A stretch of 64,000 nucleotides of DNA from Patescibacteria group bacterium (GTDB lineage: Bacteria > Patescibacteriota > Minisyncoccia > Phycocordibacterales > Phycocordibacteraceae), in NCBI GenBank assembly GCA_029260935.1, contig JAJDCJ010000016.1, positions 19,648 through 83,647 on the forward strand. The letters run 5' to 3'. Below the pieces are notes generated by a model. That model did not search any database, was not told the DNA's origin, and worked only from the letters and a program-made list of their open reading frames with translations. Below, piece after piece: positions 10,004 to 23,350 of the stretch. Made by a program: the position numbers and the translations under genes. Numbering within the stretch: the stretch's first letter is position 1; the number at the start of each line of letters is the position of its first letter.

Positions 10004-10747
10004 TTAAAAACCGCTTAATACACGCGCAATGACGTCAACATGAACCGGTAAAACGGCAAATGGTTCCTGCCACGTAAAGACAATTTCTCTTTTTTCTTTC
10101 GCTTCAAGTCTTTCAAGGATTGTTTGTGATGCATACTGCACAACGTTGTCTGGCCCATACACCAGCGCTGTGACTGTGGTGTCCTGTGTAGGAAAGAGGG
10201 ATTGATTTTCAATTTGAGCGTTCAGCCGTCCACGTGCTTCATCAACAACAAAAGACGTAACTCGTACATCAGAAGTAGTACGTTCCTGTTTAGTAAATTC
10301 GCCCATCCTGATATCAACAAAAGTTCTGGCAGGGATGCGCTCACCGGTTACTATGTTGGCTTCAAACAGCGGCGCTATTTCACCGGGGAGTAGTTGCAGT
10401 GTTCCTTCTCTTGTTGCAACTAGTATGTTGTTGTTATCAAACAAAGAGACTGTATACGGCACGGTGCCTTGCGCATTTGTTTGGGGATTTTTTACAAAGG
10501 CGACGGCGTGGTACACGCCGGGAGCTACCGGAACCGACCGAGCCCACAATGTTGTAATGTTTGGCTGGGTGCATAAATGACTGCATGCGCCGCCGCAATC
10601 AATTCCTTCTTCTCCTTGATTTAAAATGCCATCAATACATGAAGGGGCATTATAGAAAAACGTGAAGTACCCTCCCACACCAACAAACGCTATCAGTGCA
10701 AACACACCGAGCGCAAAAATCATCTGACGAGTAGAGCTCCATGACAT
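10004..10747 (-). CDS. hypothetical membrane-anchored protein (Cys-rich segment then beta-rich domain)
   Basis: N-terminal TM (IFALGVFALIAFVGVGGYF); start set at MSWSS because upstream ORF extension overlaps 5S rRNA. Confidence 0.5.
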   Translation of the reverse strand: MSWSSTRQMIFALGVFALIAFVGVGGYFTFFYNAPSCIDGILNQGEEGIDCGGACSHLCTQPNITTLWARSVPVAPGVYHAVAFVKNPQTNAQGTVPYTVSLFDNNNILVATREGTLQLLPGEIAPLFEANIVTGERIPARTFVDIRMGEFTKQERTTSDVRVTSFVVDEARGRLNAQIENQSLFPTQDTTVTALVYGPDNVVQYASQTILERLEAKEKREIVFTWQEPFAVLPVHVDVIARVLSGF

Positions 10748-10799
10748 ACCTACATCATAGCAAAAAACCCAACCGAAATGGTTGGGTTTTTCTAAGATG

Positions 10800-10917
10800 A
10801 ACACTCAGTTCTGGCGACTAGCTACTTTCCCCCAAAGAGTATCATCGCCACTACCATGCTTAACTTCCGAGTTCGGAAAGGGATCGGGTGTTTCCACGGC
10901 GTCAAATCACCAGAACT
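10800..10917 (-). rRNA. rrf: 5S ribosomal RNA
   Basis: Reverse complement contains GCCGTGGAAACACCCGATCCCTTTCCGAACTCGGAAGTTAAGCATGGTAGTGGCGATGATACTC...; ends close a long terminal helix. Confidence 0.85.
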
Positions 10918-10974
10918 GAGTGTTCATCTTTATTTTTTACGTCAACAATATTCAAATTACGAGAACACTATCTA

Positions 10975-14750
<3,776 letters not shown>

Positions 14751-15095
14751 AGGAAGTCTGAAAACCACAATTAATATTGTTCTCGGTGTACCTACAAGAA
14801 AAAAACACAAGGTTTCCCTCTCATAGGATTTTCTACTTTTATTTGGTTATATTGTTGACGTTGTCAAAGAGCTGGTTTATCAAGTTTCAAGCACTTAAAA
14901 AGGCCGCTTTAGGCGGCCGTCTAAAAGTAAGAAAAACTCACTTACATGTGCCGCTTCCGTGCCTTTAGTGTGTTACTCATAAACCGTTTGCCTATACTAC
15001 CTGAAAGGGTCCTATTCTGTCAAGTAATAGAGAGGATAAATCTGCCTTTAAATAAGGGCGTTTTGCCTTCTCCCTCACACTGCCTTCTCACACAA

Positions 15096-15125
15096 AAACC
15101 CCCGCCACAAGTGGCGGGGGTTTTC
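15096..15125. terminator. bidirectional rho-independent terminator AAAAACCCCCGCCACAAGTGGCGGGGGTTTT
   Basis: GC hairpin flanked by A/T runs, just downstream of minus-strand gene ending at 15167. Confidence 0.6.
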
Positions 15126-15166
15126 CTAGTTCCTAGCTTCTAGCTTCTAAGGGTTAGAGCCCAAAA

Positions 15167-15853
15167 CTATTTTGGGTCCATTTCCGCATGCATCTTTTCT
15201 ATTGCATGTTCTGCTGCCCGCTGACCTCCCAAACCAAAGGCAAGACCAAAGGCAAGTGAAAGCGCAACGATAACACCCGTGAAGAGTGTTTGTACAAAAG
15301 TACTGGCAACCTGTAGCTGATCTAGTGCGGCAAGGATTGCAAAAATCCAAATTGACCATTTTGCAATTGCACCAGTGAAAGTAACGCTTCTCATGTGTGC
15401 TGCTTTTGCGGCACCGACTACAGCGCGCGAAACAAATTCAGCAACTATTGCTGCAAAGAGTAGAATCAATACCGCCACAATTACGCGTGGAAGGTAAAGA
15501 AGCACTACTGTCTGCAAGAAGAAGTTCACCTGATCAAGTCCAAGTACGTCAAGTGACGCTACCAAGAACACGATAATAAAGAACCACTTCACCAATGCCC
15601 CAAGGAACATACCGGAATCAAGTTTGAATCCTGCGCGTTCAATTGTGTCACTGAAACCAGTTGATTTCAGTGCGCTGTCAATTTTGAGTGAGCGGATTAT
15701 TTGTGCGACAACGCGACCAAGCGCGGCGCCGATAAGCCAGCCCAATACAAAAATAATAAGCGCTACAACAATATTTGGGGTAAATGCAATAACTCCAGCC
15801 CATAAGTCCTGAAACGAACGGGTCAAAACATCAGTCCATGTATCTATTAGCAT
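15167..15853 (-). CDS. membrane protein with conserved-TM-helix repeats (small-conductance mechanosensitive-channel-associated type)
   Basis: 228 aa, multiple hydrophobic helices, repeated KWxxxxAxLDQL-like segments; family assignment tentative. Confidence 0.5.
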   Translation of the reverse strand: MLIDTWTDVLTRSFQDLWAGVIAFTPNIVVALIIFVLGWLIGAALGRVVAQIIRSLKIDSALKSTGFSDTIERAGFKLDSGMFLGALVKWFFIIVFLVASLDVLGLDQVNFFLQTVVLLYLPRVIVAVLILLFAAIVAEFVSRAVVGAAKAAHMRSVTFTGAIAKWSIWIFAILAALDQLQVASTFVQTLFTGVIVALSLAFGLAFGLGGQRAAEHAIEKMHAEMDPK

Positions 15854-15991
15854 TTTTTTGTATGTTTAAATTAATAATGGTAATAAGGGACATCTCTCCC
15901 TCCTGAAATGGTAGCACCCTGTGGAAAAGAAATGGATAATCCTGTGGATAGTATGTTGAAAAGCACAGAGAGCGTTCTGTCTTAATAAGCA

Positions 15992-16021
15992 AAAAAGGCA
16001 GTATAACACTGCCTTTTTTGC
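15992..16021. terminator. hairpin AAAAAAGGCAGTATAACACTGCCTTTTTTG
   Basis: Stem GGCAGT/ACTGCC flanked by A- and T-runs downstream of gene ending at 16043. Confidence 0.55.
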
Positions 16022-16042
16022 ACACCGTCCCCTATCTAGACT

Positions 16043-16612
16043 TTATGTTCCCCTATCAAACAGGACGCGATGGTTGTATTCAAATATGTCGCGTAGCATG
16101 CGGTCATACGCTTGTGTGCGGTCATGGTACTCACCTTCTTCAAGTACCACATATCGTATTGGCAAGGCGATAAAAGCTTCTGCTTTTTTAATAATCCTCT
16201 CTGTTTTCTTGTCATTCGGTTTTTTTGACACAATGAGAATATCAACTGAGCTCCGTGGTTCCTGTGTTATCACGCCACTTGCAACAACAAGTGTAGTGTT
16301 TCGGTCGGTGCGAAATATACTCGCCAAGTCAACATCCATAAGTAAGAGTGTGTCCCTTACGAATGTTTGTATAGGAGTAAACAGTCCATCCTTTTCATCA
16401 ATGTGATAGAGGCAACCGCCACGCACTTTCCGAACACGAAGCATTCTTAGGTGTACGAGGGCAGTTAGTTCTTTCTGTACTGATGCACGCGGTGCACCAA
16501 GAACACATGCAACGTCGCGCGCATTTCCCCACACTTCACTTTGACCGATAAAAAAGACCAACACTCGCACTCGCAGTGTGGACCCCATAATCTTGGAGAT
16601 GTCTTTGAACAT
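16043..16612 (-). CDS. hypothetical winged-helix DNA-binding protein
   Basis: N-terminal region resembles wHTH regulators (STLRVRVLVFFIG...ARDVACVLGAPRASVQKELTALV); C-terminal domain unknown. Confidence 0.4.
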   Translation of the reverse strand: MFKDISKIMGSTLRVRVLVFFIGQSEVWGNARDVACVLGAPRASVQKELTALVHLRMLRVRKVRGGCLYHIDEKDGLFTPIQTFVRDTLLLMDVDLASIFRTDRNTTLVVASGVITQEPRSSVDILIVSKKPNDKKTERIIKKAEAFIALPIRYVVLEEGEYHDRTQAYDRMLRDIFEYNHRVLFDRGT

Positions 16613-16757
16613 GCCCCTATTGTATCGCGTTCGGCAATAGTGAGTCAAAGTTTGAAAGTCGCCCTCCCGACAATAGAAAAATACCCCCGAAATCCTAGTC
16701 GGATTTCGGGGGTATTTTTATTTAGAATCAGCTCAATGTGTGCTTACGTGAGTTTCT

Positions 16758-17252
16758 TTAGACAAACTCTACCGTACCACCTGCCGCTTCAATTTCCTTC
16801 TTGAGTGCCTCTGCTTCCTCTTTCTTCATGTCTTCTTTCAAGTTTGTAGGTGCATCGTCAACAAGACCTTTGGCCTCTGCAAGACCAAGTGAAAGTGCAT
16901 TACGCACTGCCTTGATAACTGCAATCTTTTGGTCACCAACAGTAGCTAATTTTACCGTAACAGTAGATGGACCTTCGTCATCACCGTCAGTACCACCTGA
17001 TGCAGGACCGGCAACAGCAACTGCGCTTGCCGAAACACCGAACTTACCTTCAAACACCTTGACCAGCTCACTCAACTCCATTACTGACATTTCTTCAATT
17101 TCAGCAACGATTTTCTTGAACTTTGCAGGAACCTCAACATCCGCACCAGTATCAGCTGGCGCTTCCTCTTTCTTAGGAGCTTCAGCTTTGGCTGGAGCTT
17201 CTTCTTTTGGAGCCTCTACGGCTACTTCCTCTTTTTTTGTTTCTTCTTCCAT
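16758..17252 (-). CDS. rplL: 50S ribosomal protein L7/L12 with about 42-aa N-terminal Glu/Lys/Ala/Pro-rich extension
   Basis: KKIVAEIEEMSVMELSELVKVFEGKFGV aligns with E. coli L12 NTD; C-terminal domain IAVIKAVRNALSLGLAEAKGLVD...EEAEALKKEIEAAGGTVEFV. Confidence 0.9.
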   Translation of the reverse strand: MEEETKKEEVAVEAPKEEAPAKAEAPKKEEAPADTGADVEVPAKFKKIVAEIEEMSVMELSELVKVFEGKFGVSASAVAVAGPASGGTDGDDEGPSTVTVKLATVGDQKIAVIKAVRNALSLGLAEAKGLVDDAPTNLKEDMKKEEAEALKKEIEAAGGTVEFV

Positions 17253-17346
17253 ATATTTTTAATTAGATTAATAGTACTGAGATTAATAGTACTGGTTTTT
17301 TATGTTTTACCTTTGGCTAAAAGCTACTACATAGAACCTCTTGTAA

Positions 17347-17850
17347 CTACGCTTTCTTCTGAGCAATAGCGTCAAGCGCTATAACCAACTTTTGAATTGG
17401 AGAGTTGATGACGTTCACGAACATACCCCGAAGTACCGGAGTGGGCGGAATCGCCGCAACAGTCTCAACTTCTTCTTTGGTGATAAATCTATGTTCTATA
17501 ACACCGCCAAGGAACGTAATTTTGTCCTTAAACTTTTTGATGAATGTATTAAGGTTTCTGGCCGGTGCCGTCATGTCATCTCCAGCATCTTTGCTGAGGT
17601 AGGCAAACGCAACCTCACCATCAAGTGAAGGAATTTCTCCCTCAACTTTGTCTGCGTCAAGCACGCGCTTAAGGAGTGTTTTTTTAGTCACTCGGTAGCG
17701 AACACCTTCTGCTTTGAGCGTACTGCGAAGCTCACTCGCCTCTTTCACTGAAAGACCCTTAAAGTGTACAAACGCAATTGAAACCGCATTTGAGACAATG
17801 TCCTTCAACTCAACAAGGAGTGCTTCTTTTTTTTCTCGTGTAATTGCCAT
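17347..17850 (-). CDS. rplJ: 50S ribosomal protein L10
   Basis: 167 aa, typical L10 N-terminus MAITREKKEALLVELKD; immediately upstream of rplL. Confidence 0.9.
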   Translation of the reverse strand: MAITREKKEALLVELKDIVSNAVSIAFVHFKGLSVKEASELRSTLKAEGVRYRVTKKTLLKRVLDADKVEGEIPSLDGEVAFAYLSKDAGDDMTAPARNLNTFIKKFKDKITFLGGVIEHRFITKEEVETVAAIPPTPVLRGMFVNVINSPIQKLVIALDAIAQKKA

Positions 17851-18131
17851 ATGTTCCGGCTCTATATAAAAAGAGCCCCTACTGTTTAGAGCACGGGCTG
17901 AATAGATCGCGATTCGACCTTAAAATAAGATCGCGGACTTCGGCAGGTCTTCTCTCTAGTTCCTAGCGCCTCATGGCCTAGTGCCTAGTGTGCCCACTGT
18001 CTTCAGTCGTGCTATGGAGAACTATACCAAAAAGCCCCACAAACGCAACTTCTGAGTCATATCAAGAACCGTCCTTGATGATGGTTAGTGTAACAATGCA
18101 GTAGTTGTATACAACAGAGCAATGCCGAGTG

Positions 18132-18692
18132 CTAGACCAACGGAGGGGCCACCAACGACAAAACTGTATTTATAATGGGACCAAAGATATAGAGAGAGAT
18201 AATTGATAACCCTATCGCCGCAACCCAATACCAGAGTTTACTAAGAGGTGCTGTTCCTTTCTGTTTTCTTTTTGAGTTGATAAGTGAAATACTGATAATA
18301 CCAAGTGAGGCGCCTAAATAGATAGCGCTTAAAAACATGACCAACTCCTGAAGTGTGGGGCCTAAATCTATCAATGTCCCCGGGTTTGGTGACCAACTGA
18401 AAAGCAATAAAATACCTACGAGAATACCCCAAACAGCAAACCTTCTCCACGCAGACACAGCTCTTGGAATAAAAAGCAGGACAAGAAAAATCAGGGCAAG
18501 TGTAATTGAAGGGTAAAAAAATATATTCCCGAAGTAAGAGGCAGTAGTTAGACAAGAAGTATCAAAAGTATTAGTAGCAAAATCAGCAACACATAAGTTA
18601 AATTGAATTGGGTATAAAAAAACATAACCAACTCCTGTACCCACAAGAGATGTTAAAAATAACCAAAATATTTTATTTTTAAGAAGTTTCAT
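18132..18692 (-). CDS. hypothetical polytopic membrane protein, likely co-transcribed with upstream giant secreted protein
   Basis: 186 aa, about 6 hydrophobic helices; 3-nt gap to 18696 gene. Confidence 0.5.
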   Translation of the reverse strand: MKLLKNKIFWLFLTSLVGTGVGYVFLYPIQFNLCVADFATNTFDTSCLTTASYFGNIFFYPSITLALIFLVLLFIPRAVSAWRRFAVWGILVGILLLFSWSPNPGTLIDLGPTLQELVMFLSAIYLGASLGIISISLINSKRKQKGTAPLSKLWYWVAAIGLSIISLYIFGPIINTVLSLVAPPLV

Positions 18693-18695
18693 AGT

Positions 18696-21600
18696 TTAGA
18701 AAAGTGAGTTTATAAAAGATATTACTGTACCAGACAGGCGCTTTATCAAGTCAACAAATGTATCGTACCACCCAGATTGTATTGCAGATGCCTGCTGTGA
18801 AGAAGTGGTGGAAACAGGTGACGGTGGAACAACTACCACTTCTGGAGGAGGTAGTGCTTCTATTGGCGCGCGGTCTGTTTTTAAGGTTGGCTTAACTTCT
18901 TCTTCCGATACTACAACAGTGGTTTGAGTAACTGGAGGAGGCGAGATAATTTTTGCAGGTACTTCAACCACCACAATAGGAACAGGCGGAGTAACCCTGA
19001 GTGGCCCTCCCCCACCTCCACTAGAGACAGGAGCAGGATCAGGTGTGTTTTGTGTATCTCCAGCTCCACTATTTTCACTTTGGCGAGCGCTTGCCTGTTG
19101 TGCTACCAAAACCTCATCGGAAAATACTGTGCTCTCAACAACACCATCCCCGTCTTTATCTATAATAATTCCACTGGGTATACCGCCCTCAACACTAAAC
19201 GATGCGTGCGTTGACGTTGCAACTAGAAAATCAGTGTAAGTTGCAGTTGTTGCTTGATTATTCCCCGAAAGAGTTTCAACAATGACCGTTACCTCTCCTT
19301 CTCCGGTACCGGCCATAACAAACGTGTACTGTCCATCATCTGGAAGAACGAGATACTTCGCATCACCAACGGTGAAGTATGAACTACCGGGAATGTCGGT
19401 AGTGATAAGCAAAACATCTGCATCGGGGTCCTGCCCTGGCGTAATGCCCGTGTAGTTGCCAAACTGATCGGTTACACCGAGAGTGACTGGGGAGTGTGCA
19501 CTGACGATGAGTTTTTCTCCTGTCTCTTCTACTTTTGGTTTCTCAGTAGTTATAAAAGTAGAAGATATGACGGGTATTTTTCTAATAATAGAACCTATTA
19601 TCCTTTGTGTTGGAAGTGCACTCACTATATCTTTGTGTTCAACATCAAAGAGGAGAGGGTCTGAATTGTAAGACTCTAAGTTGAAATAATGACTTTCAAT
19701 GTTAGAAGATCCTAGTGCGCTAGGATAAACAACAATACCATCTCCTTCTGTAGTAAATTGTAAATTATACGTGGTTTTTAAAATACCTCCACCATAAGTA
19801 ATTCCTTTAATGGTGGAAAGCCCCCACCCGGCAATCTGTGCTACACGCATACTTGCTGGAAAAGTAAATGTATCGTATTTATTGTGAACGTTTTCTGCTC
19901 CACCAATCAAACCCGAATTAAGAACAGCCGGTAGTCCATTAATCCCTCCAGTTCTAGGAACAAGATCAGCACTGAGGAACGATACAAGGTCATTATAGGT
20001 AGTAACTCCCTCTGTACCATATACTGAACGCCACTCACGAGATTTTATCCCGCCGACACCAAAATCTAATACCTTGTCGTTGACCTCATTAAAATATTTA
20101 GGCGAGGGTAATAATGTATATGCCCCTGGTAATTTCTCCCCAAGGGTTTGTGCTTGTTTTTTACTAAGAAAAACAATGGGGAGTTTTGTGTTCACTCTTA
20201 TATCCGACCCATCACCATGTAAAAGTCCTGCAACCGCTTGCGGGGTACCAAGTTGTGGAGTGCCCACCATCACAAACGATTCAACTAGGTCACTCTTCCC
20301 TTGATTTTCCAACTCTTTAATAAGTGCCTTCCCAACCAAGCCACCGTATGAATGGGCAACTAATGCAACTTTTCCTGTATATGAATTTGCGGCAAGCGCT
20401 TCAATCTGCCCAACAATATCAACAACACCATTTGCCGTTTGTACCTTATTTTTAATAATATCGTCAGGAGAGTAGCGCCAATCATACGGTAGGGCCTGCC
20501 ATTCTTTAATGGTTGAAGTGCCGCTTCCAGAGTTAATTACGGTGAGTGTATCCATAAAAGAACTGAAACCTTGGTAGAGAGGGACTGAAACCACCGATAC
20601 ATCAAAAGTATTTAAAATACTGCCTACTACCACATTATCTGTAACTGGCGTTCCATCGTCTTCAAACTCAAGTTTTTTCAGGTCGTTCTTCACGTCACGG
20701 AAAGTTGGTGGCCAAAGAGTATTTGAACCAACTTTGAGTTCGCTTCCTTCAAAGCCAGGAAGAAAAGCAACCGACGAACAACATTCATAGCGCACCGACT
20801 CCAGAATAAATGGGTCTTCAGTGCGCCATGAATTAAGTGAAATCTTTGTGCCGACAATCGCGTCTCCCGTTCCTGTAGGGTTAAGTGTCTCATGGTACGG
20901 TCCGGTTTCACTCCCCCACCAATTATCCGAAAAACTGAGTGCGCCCGTAAAGTCTATATTCCTTGAAGAAGTCAGGGCAATCTTACGAGCGCCATATTCC
21001 CCATTATCGTAAAAACTAGAGTCGGAAACTGTAAGAGAATTGTTTTTCCCAACAAATATATACAGCCCCACACCAGCGCTGTATGTTGCTTCAACGTGTT
21101 CAAGAGTATACGAGAAACCAGGAGAGCCATTAAACCACGGGTACAAAACATACAACTCAGGGTATACATTATGATCATTAAACGCGTCAACGGAAACACC
21201 GCCACCATAGCGCACTTTAATATACTGAACATCCATTTTGTTGTTCCAACTTCCCCCACCAAACGACACATATCCCCAATCCCCTGGTGCAGGAAGTGTG
21301 GCACTGTCGTCATTGTTTGTGTCGCCGCCAACTGTATCGTCTTTCAATGAAGTGAAATAAACAGGGTCAGTAGCGGTGCCTTCAATTGAAAGAGTTACGT
21401 CAGCATGAATGGTTAATGTTGTTGAGGATGCAAACTTGACCACAACCCCTGGTTCAATAGTGAGTACCCCGAACCTGAGGTATATGTTCTCCTCAATCAC
21501 ATACGGACTTTCCGCCTTGCGCCACACCGTTGAGGCGGTGTTGTTTTTAATACTTTCGAGGTACGAAGCTTCGGTGATGCGTGTGAATGATGGAGGTGGA

Positions 21601-22493
21601 GGTTGGGGTGGGGGTATTTCTTCGGTGTCGCCATTCTCATTTTCTAGAGGCGCATCTCTGAGAACGGTGATGGTGGACGACGCAGTCACTTCAACGACTT
21701 CAGACGAAACGTCGTAGGTATAGAAACGGGCAACCAGCCTATACACATCGGCACCAACCGGTTCGCTAGACGACGCAGTGCCGTCCCATACTTGAGAAAA
21801 AGCCGTCGTGGTGGCATTAACATCAAACCGTTGAATGGCGTTTTCGTTCGTACACCCTACGCTCGACTCTAAACATACAGAGAGACTGGAGAAATACACT
21901 TCCACGGAAGAGGATGCAGTGATGGCAACAGACGGAGACGTTGAGGAAATAATCGCACTATCCACCACATCATTCAAAGTAAATAAAATAGAAGGCACAG
22001 TGGAAGTTGCTTGGTCACTGTCTGAATCGGGAAGTGGATTTTCAACGCTTTCTGTATCGGAAATAGTGATGCTATATGGTGCGGTTTCTTCAAACGCATC
22101 CGGCTGAATATCATAGCGGTAAAAGCGGGCAACAATCTGATACTCGCTCGAAGTGGCAATGTCGCCTGAAGACGTAGCGCCATCCCACTCGCGCGTGAAA
22201 GCGGTGGTGGTGGCATTGATGTCAAAGCGTTTCGTGTATGAACTGCCATCGCACGGCTCTACTGCGCTTTGGCATATATACAGTCGGGTGAAATACGCTT
22301 CTTCTGGTGCCTGCACCGCAATGGCAACTGACGGTGTTGAAGAAGCAATAACCACATTGTTTTCAGCGCCGTTTAATGTAAACGATGTGAATGTTGAGGG
22401 AGGTAGCTCAGGTTCTGGTGCCGTCAGTTCAGCGTGAACACCGAAAGGTGTGCTGGTAACCAACACACAAATAAAAACTGCGACCGTGCGTCT
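18696..22493 (-). CDS. giant secreted protein: signal peptide, three ~100-aa N-terminal repeats, beta-helix-like region, alpha/beta-hydrolase lipase-like domain (GxSxG = AHSYGG), Pro-rich C-terminal stalk
   Basis: Start set at MRRTVAVFICVLVTSTPFGVHA signal; internal triplication of SSTPSVAI...RFD(I/V)NATTTAF...VARFY(R/T)YD; lipase nucleophile elbow VALVAHSYGGLVG; PPPVTQTTVVV / PPPEVVVVPPSP tail. Confidence 0.75.
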   Translation of the reverse strand, partial: RRTVAVFICVLVTSTPFGVHAELTAPEPELPPSTFTSFTLNGAENNVVIASSTPSVAIAVQAPEEAYFTRLYICQSAVEPCDGSSYTKRFDINATTTAFTREWDGATSSGDIATSSEYQIVARFYRYDIQPDAFEETAPYSITISDTESVENPLPDSDSDQATSTVPSILFTLNDVVDSAIISSTSPSVAITASSSVEVYFSSLSVCLESSVGCTNENAIQRFDVNATTTAFSQVWDGTASSSEPVGADVYRLVARFYTYDVSSEVVEVTASSTITVLRDAPLENENGDTEEIPPPQPPPPSFTRITEASYLESIKNNTASTVWRKAESPYVIEENIYLRFGVLTIEPGVVVKFASSTTLTIHADVTLSIEGTATDPVYFTSLKDDTVGGDTNNDDSATLPAPGDWGYVSFGGGSWNNKMDVQYIKVRYGGGVSVDAFNDHNVYPELYVLYPWFNGSPGFSYTLEHVEATYSAGVGLYIFVGKNNSLTVSDSSFYDNGEYGARKIALTSSRNIDFTGALSFSDNWWGSETGPYHETLNPTGTGDAIVGTKISLNSWRTEDPFILESVRYECCSSVAFLPGFEGSELKVGSNTLWPPTFRDVKNDLKKLEFEDDGTPVTDNVVVGSILNTFDVSVVSVPLYQGFSSFMDTLTVINSGSGTSTIKEWQALPYDWRYSPDDIIKNKVQTANGVVDIVGQIEALAANSYTGKVALVAHSYGGLVGKALIKELENQGKSDLVESFVMVGTPQLGTPQAVAGLLHGDGSDIRVNTKLPIVFLSKKQAQTLGEKLPGAYTLLPSPKYFNEVNDKVLDFGVGGIKSREWRSVYGTEGVTTYNDLVSFLSADLVPRTGGINGLPAVLNSGLIGGAENVHNKYDTFTFPASMRVAQIAGWGLSTIKGITYGGGILKTTYNLQFTTEGDGIVVYPSALGSSNIESHYFNLESYNSDPLLFDVEHKDIVSALPTQRIIGSIIRKIPVISSTFITTEKPKVEETGEKLIVSAHSPVTLGVTDQFGNYTGITPGQDPDADVLLITTDIPGSSYFTVGDAKYLVLPDDGQYTFVMAGTGEGEVTVIVETLSGNNQATTATYTDFLVATSTHASFSVEGGIPSGIIIDKDGDGVVESTVFSDEVLVAQQASARQSENSGAGDTQNTPDPAPVSSGGGGGPLRVTPPVPIVVVEVPAKIISPPPVTQTTVVVSEEEVKPTLKTDRAPIEALPPPEVVVVPPSPVSTTSSQQASAIQSGWYDTFVDLIKRLSGTVISFINSLF

Positions 22494-22584
22494 CATAAAT
22501 ATAAAGAAACACAGAAAATGTCTTGTGCGACACACCAACACACTCTGTGTGTGGATAACATTTTTAGATATAAAAGTCTATTCT

Positions 22585-23286
22585 TTATATTTTCGCGAAC
22601 AGCTCAGTGCTTTCTATTTCAAATAGTTCTTTGATGTTTGAAAAATTAGGGACATCTTCAGCAAGTTCCGCAAGTGCGGATGCTGAAAGAATCGTGCGTT
22701 CAGGGCGGTTCGCCCTCGGTTGCATGTCGGGAAAACTTGCATGCTGATATCCCTGCAAAAACTCATATACTTTGTGCGGTTCGGCAACACCTCGCTCTTT
22801 CCATCCAGGAAGCCAAACATCGAGAGGATTCAACGCGACATAGGCAAACAACCAGCGCAGGTATTCATTGGTGTCTACATGTTTACTCTTAAAACGCCCC
22901 TGAAATACTGTGCCGCTATGTTCGTATAGCGTATTGAAATACATAGAGTACGCAGTTCCAACTTTTTTCATAAAATGCGAAATCCCGTTTTCGGTCTTTT
23001 GTCTCACAATAAGGTGAAAGTGGTTCGGCATAAGTGCGTACGCTAGCACATCCACCAGCCCCTGATCTGGCTTTTCTTCCCTGAATATGAGCAAGGACCG
23101 ACCTTGCTCATTCTTATATTTTCTTAAGATATTTTCCATTCTTAAACCTTCCGAGCTGTTTGCAAGGAAAAGTAGGATTTTGAAACGAAAGTAATCATGA
23201 TTGCTTAGAAAAATATCCGCCTTATGCGCACCGCGGTTGTAAACATGATAAATTTCCCCTTCTAAAAATGGCACCTTCCTGAACAT
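22585..23286 (-). CDS. IS200-like / REP-associated tyrosine transposase (HUH Y1 transposase, COG1943 type)
   Basis: HUH motif MPNHFHLIV, catalytic-Tyr region GTVFQGRFKSKHV...LFAYVALNP; 233 aa. Confidence 0.75.
   Translation of the reverse strand: MFRKVPFLEGEIYHVYNRGAHKADIFLSNHDYFRFKILLFLANSSEGLRMENILRKYKNEQGRSLLIFREEKPDQGLVDVLAYALMPNHFHLIVRQKTENGISHFMKKVGTAYSMYFNTLYEHSGTVFQGRFKSKHVDTNEYLRWLFAYVALNPLDVWLPGWKERGVAEPHKVYEFLQGYQHASFPDMQPRANRPERTILSASALAELAEDVPNFSNIKELFEIESTELFAKI
23088..23112. repeat. REP-like hairpin TGAGCAAGG-ACCGA-CCTTGCTCA (inside RAYT coding region)
   Basis: Near-exact inverted copy recurs at 23308-23332 just upstream of the RAYT start. Confidence 0.5.
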
Positions 23287-23307
23287 ATATTCATAATACC
23301 ATAAGTG

Positions 23308-23332
23308 AGTAAGGTCGGTCCTTGCTCATTGT
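23308..23332. repeat. REP-like hairpin TGAGTAAGG-TCGGT-CCTTGCTCA (reverse complement of 23088-23112 copy, 1 mismatch)
   Basis: 24-nt match to the reverse complement of the intragenic copy. Confidence 0.5.
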
Positions 23333-23350
23333 ACGGCTATGGGTTTTGTG

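Noticed and set aside
10797-10925. Unusually long (about 17 bp) terminal helix around 5S rRNA
   Set aside because: Most simply explained as the precursor processing stem flanking mature 5S; not treated as a separate element.
16801-17262. 153-aa plus-strand Ser/Ala-rich ORF
   Set aside because: Antisense to rplL (L7/L12), whose homology is unambiguous; product is low-complexity.
17262-17292. 15-nt tandem duplication AGATTAATAGTACTG x2 in the rplL-rplJ spacer
   Set aside because: Very short, AT-rich intergenic duplication without flanking structure; likely replication slippage, no evident function.
23088-23112. Possibility that the true RAYT start lies downstream of the intragenic hairpin
   Set aside because: Conserved N-terminal IS200-type motif (EIYHVYNRG) precedes the hairpin in frame, so the upstream ATG is more likely correct; kept hairpin as intragenic.
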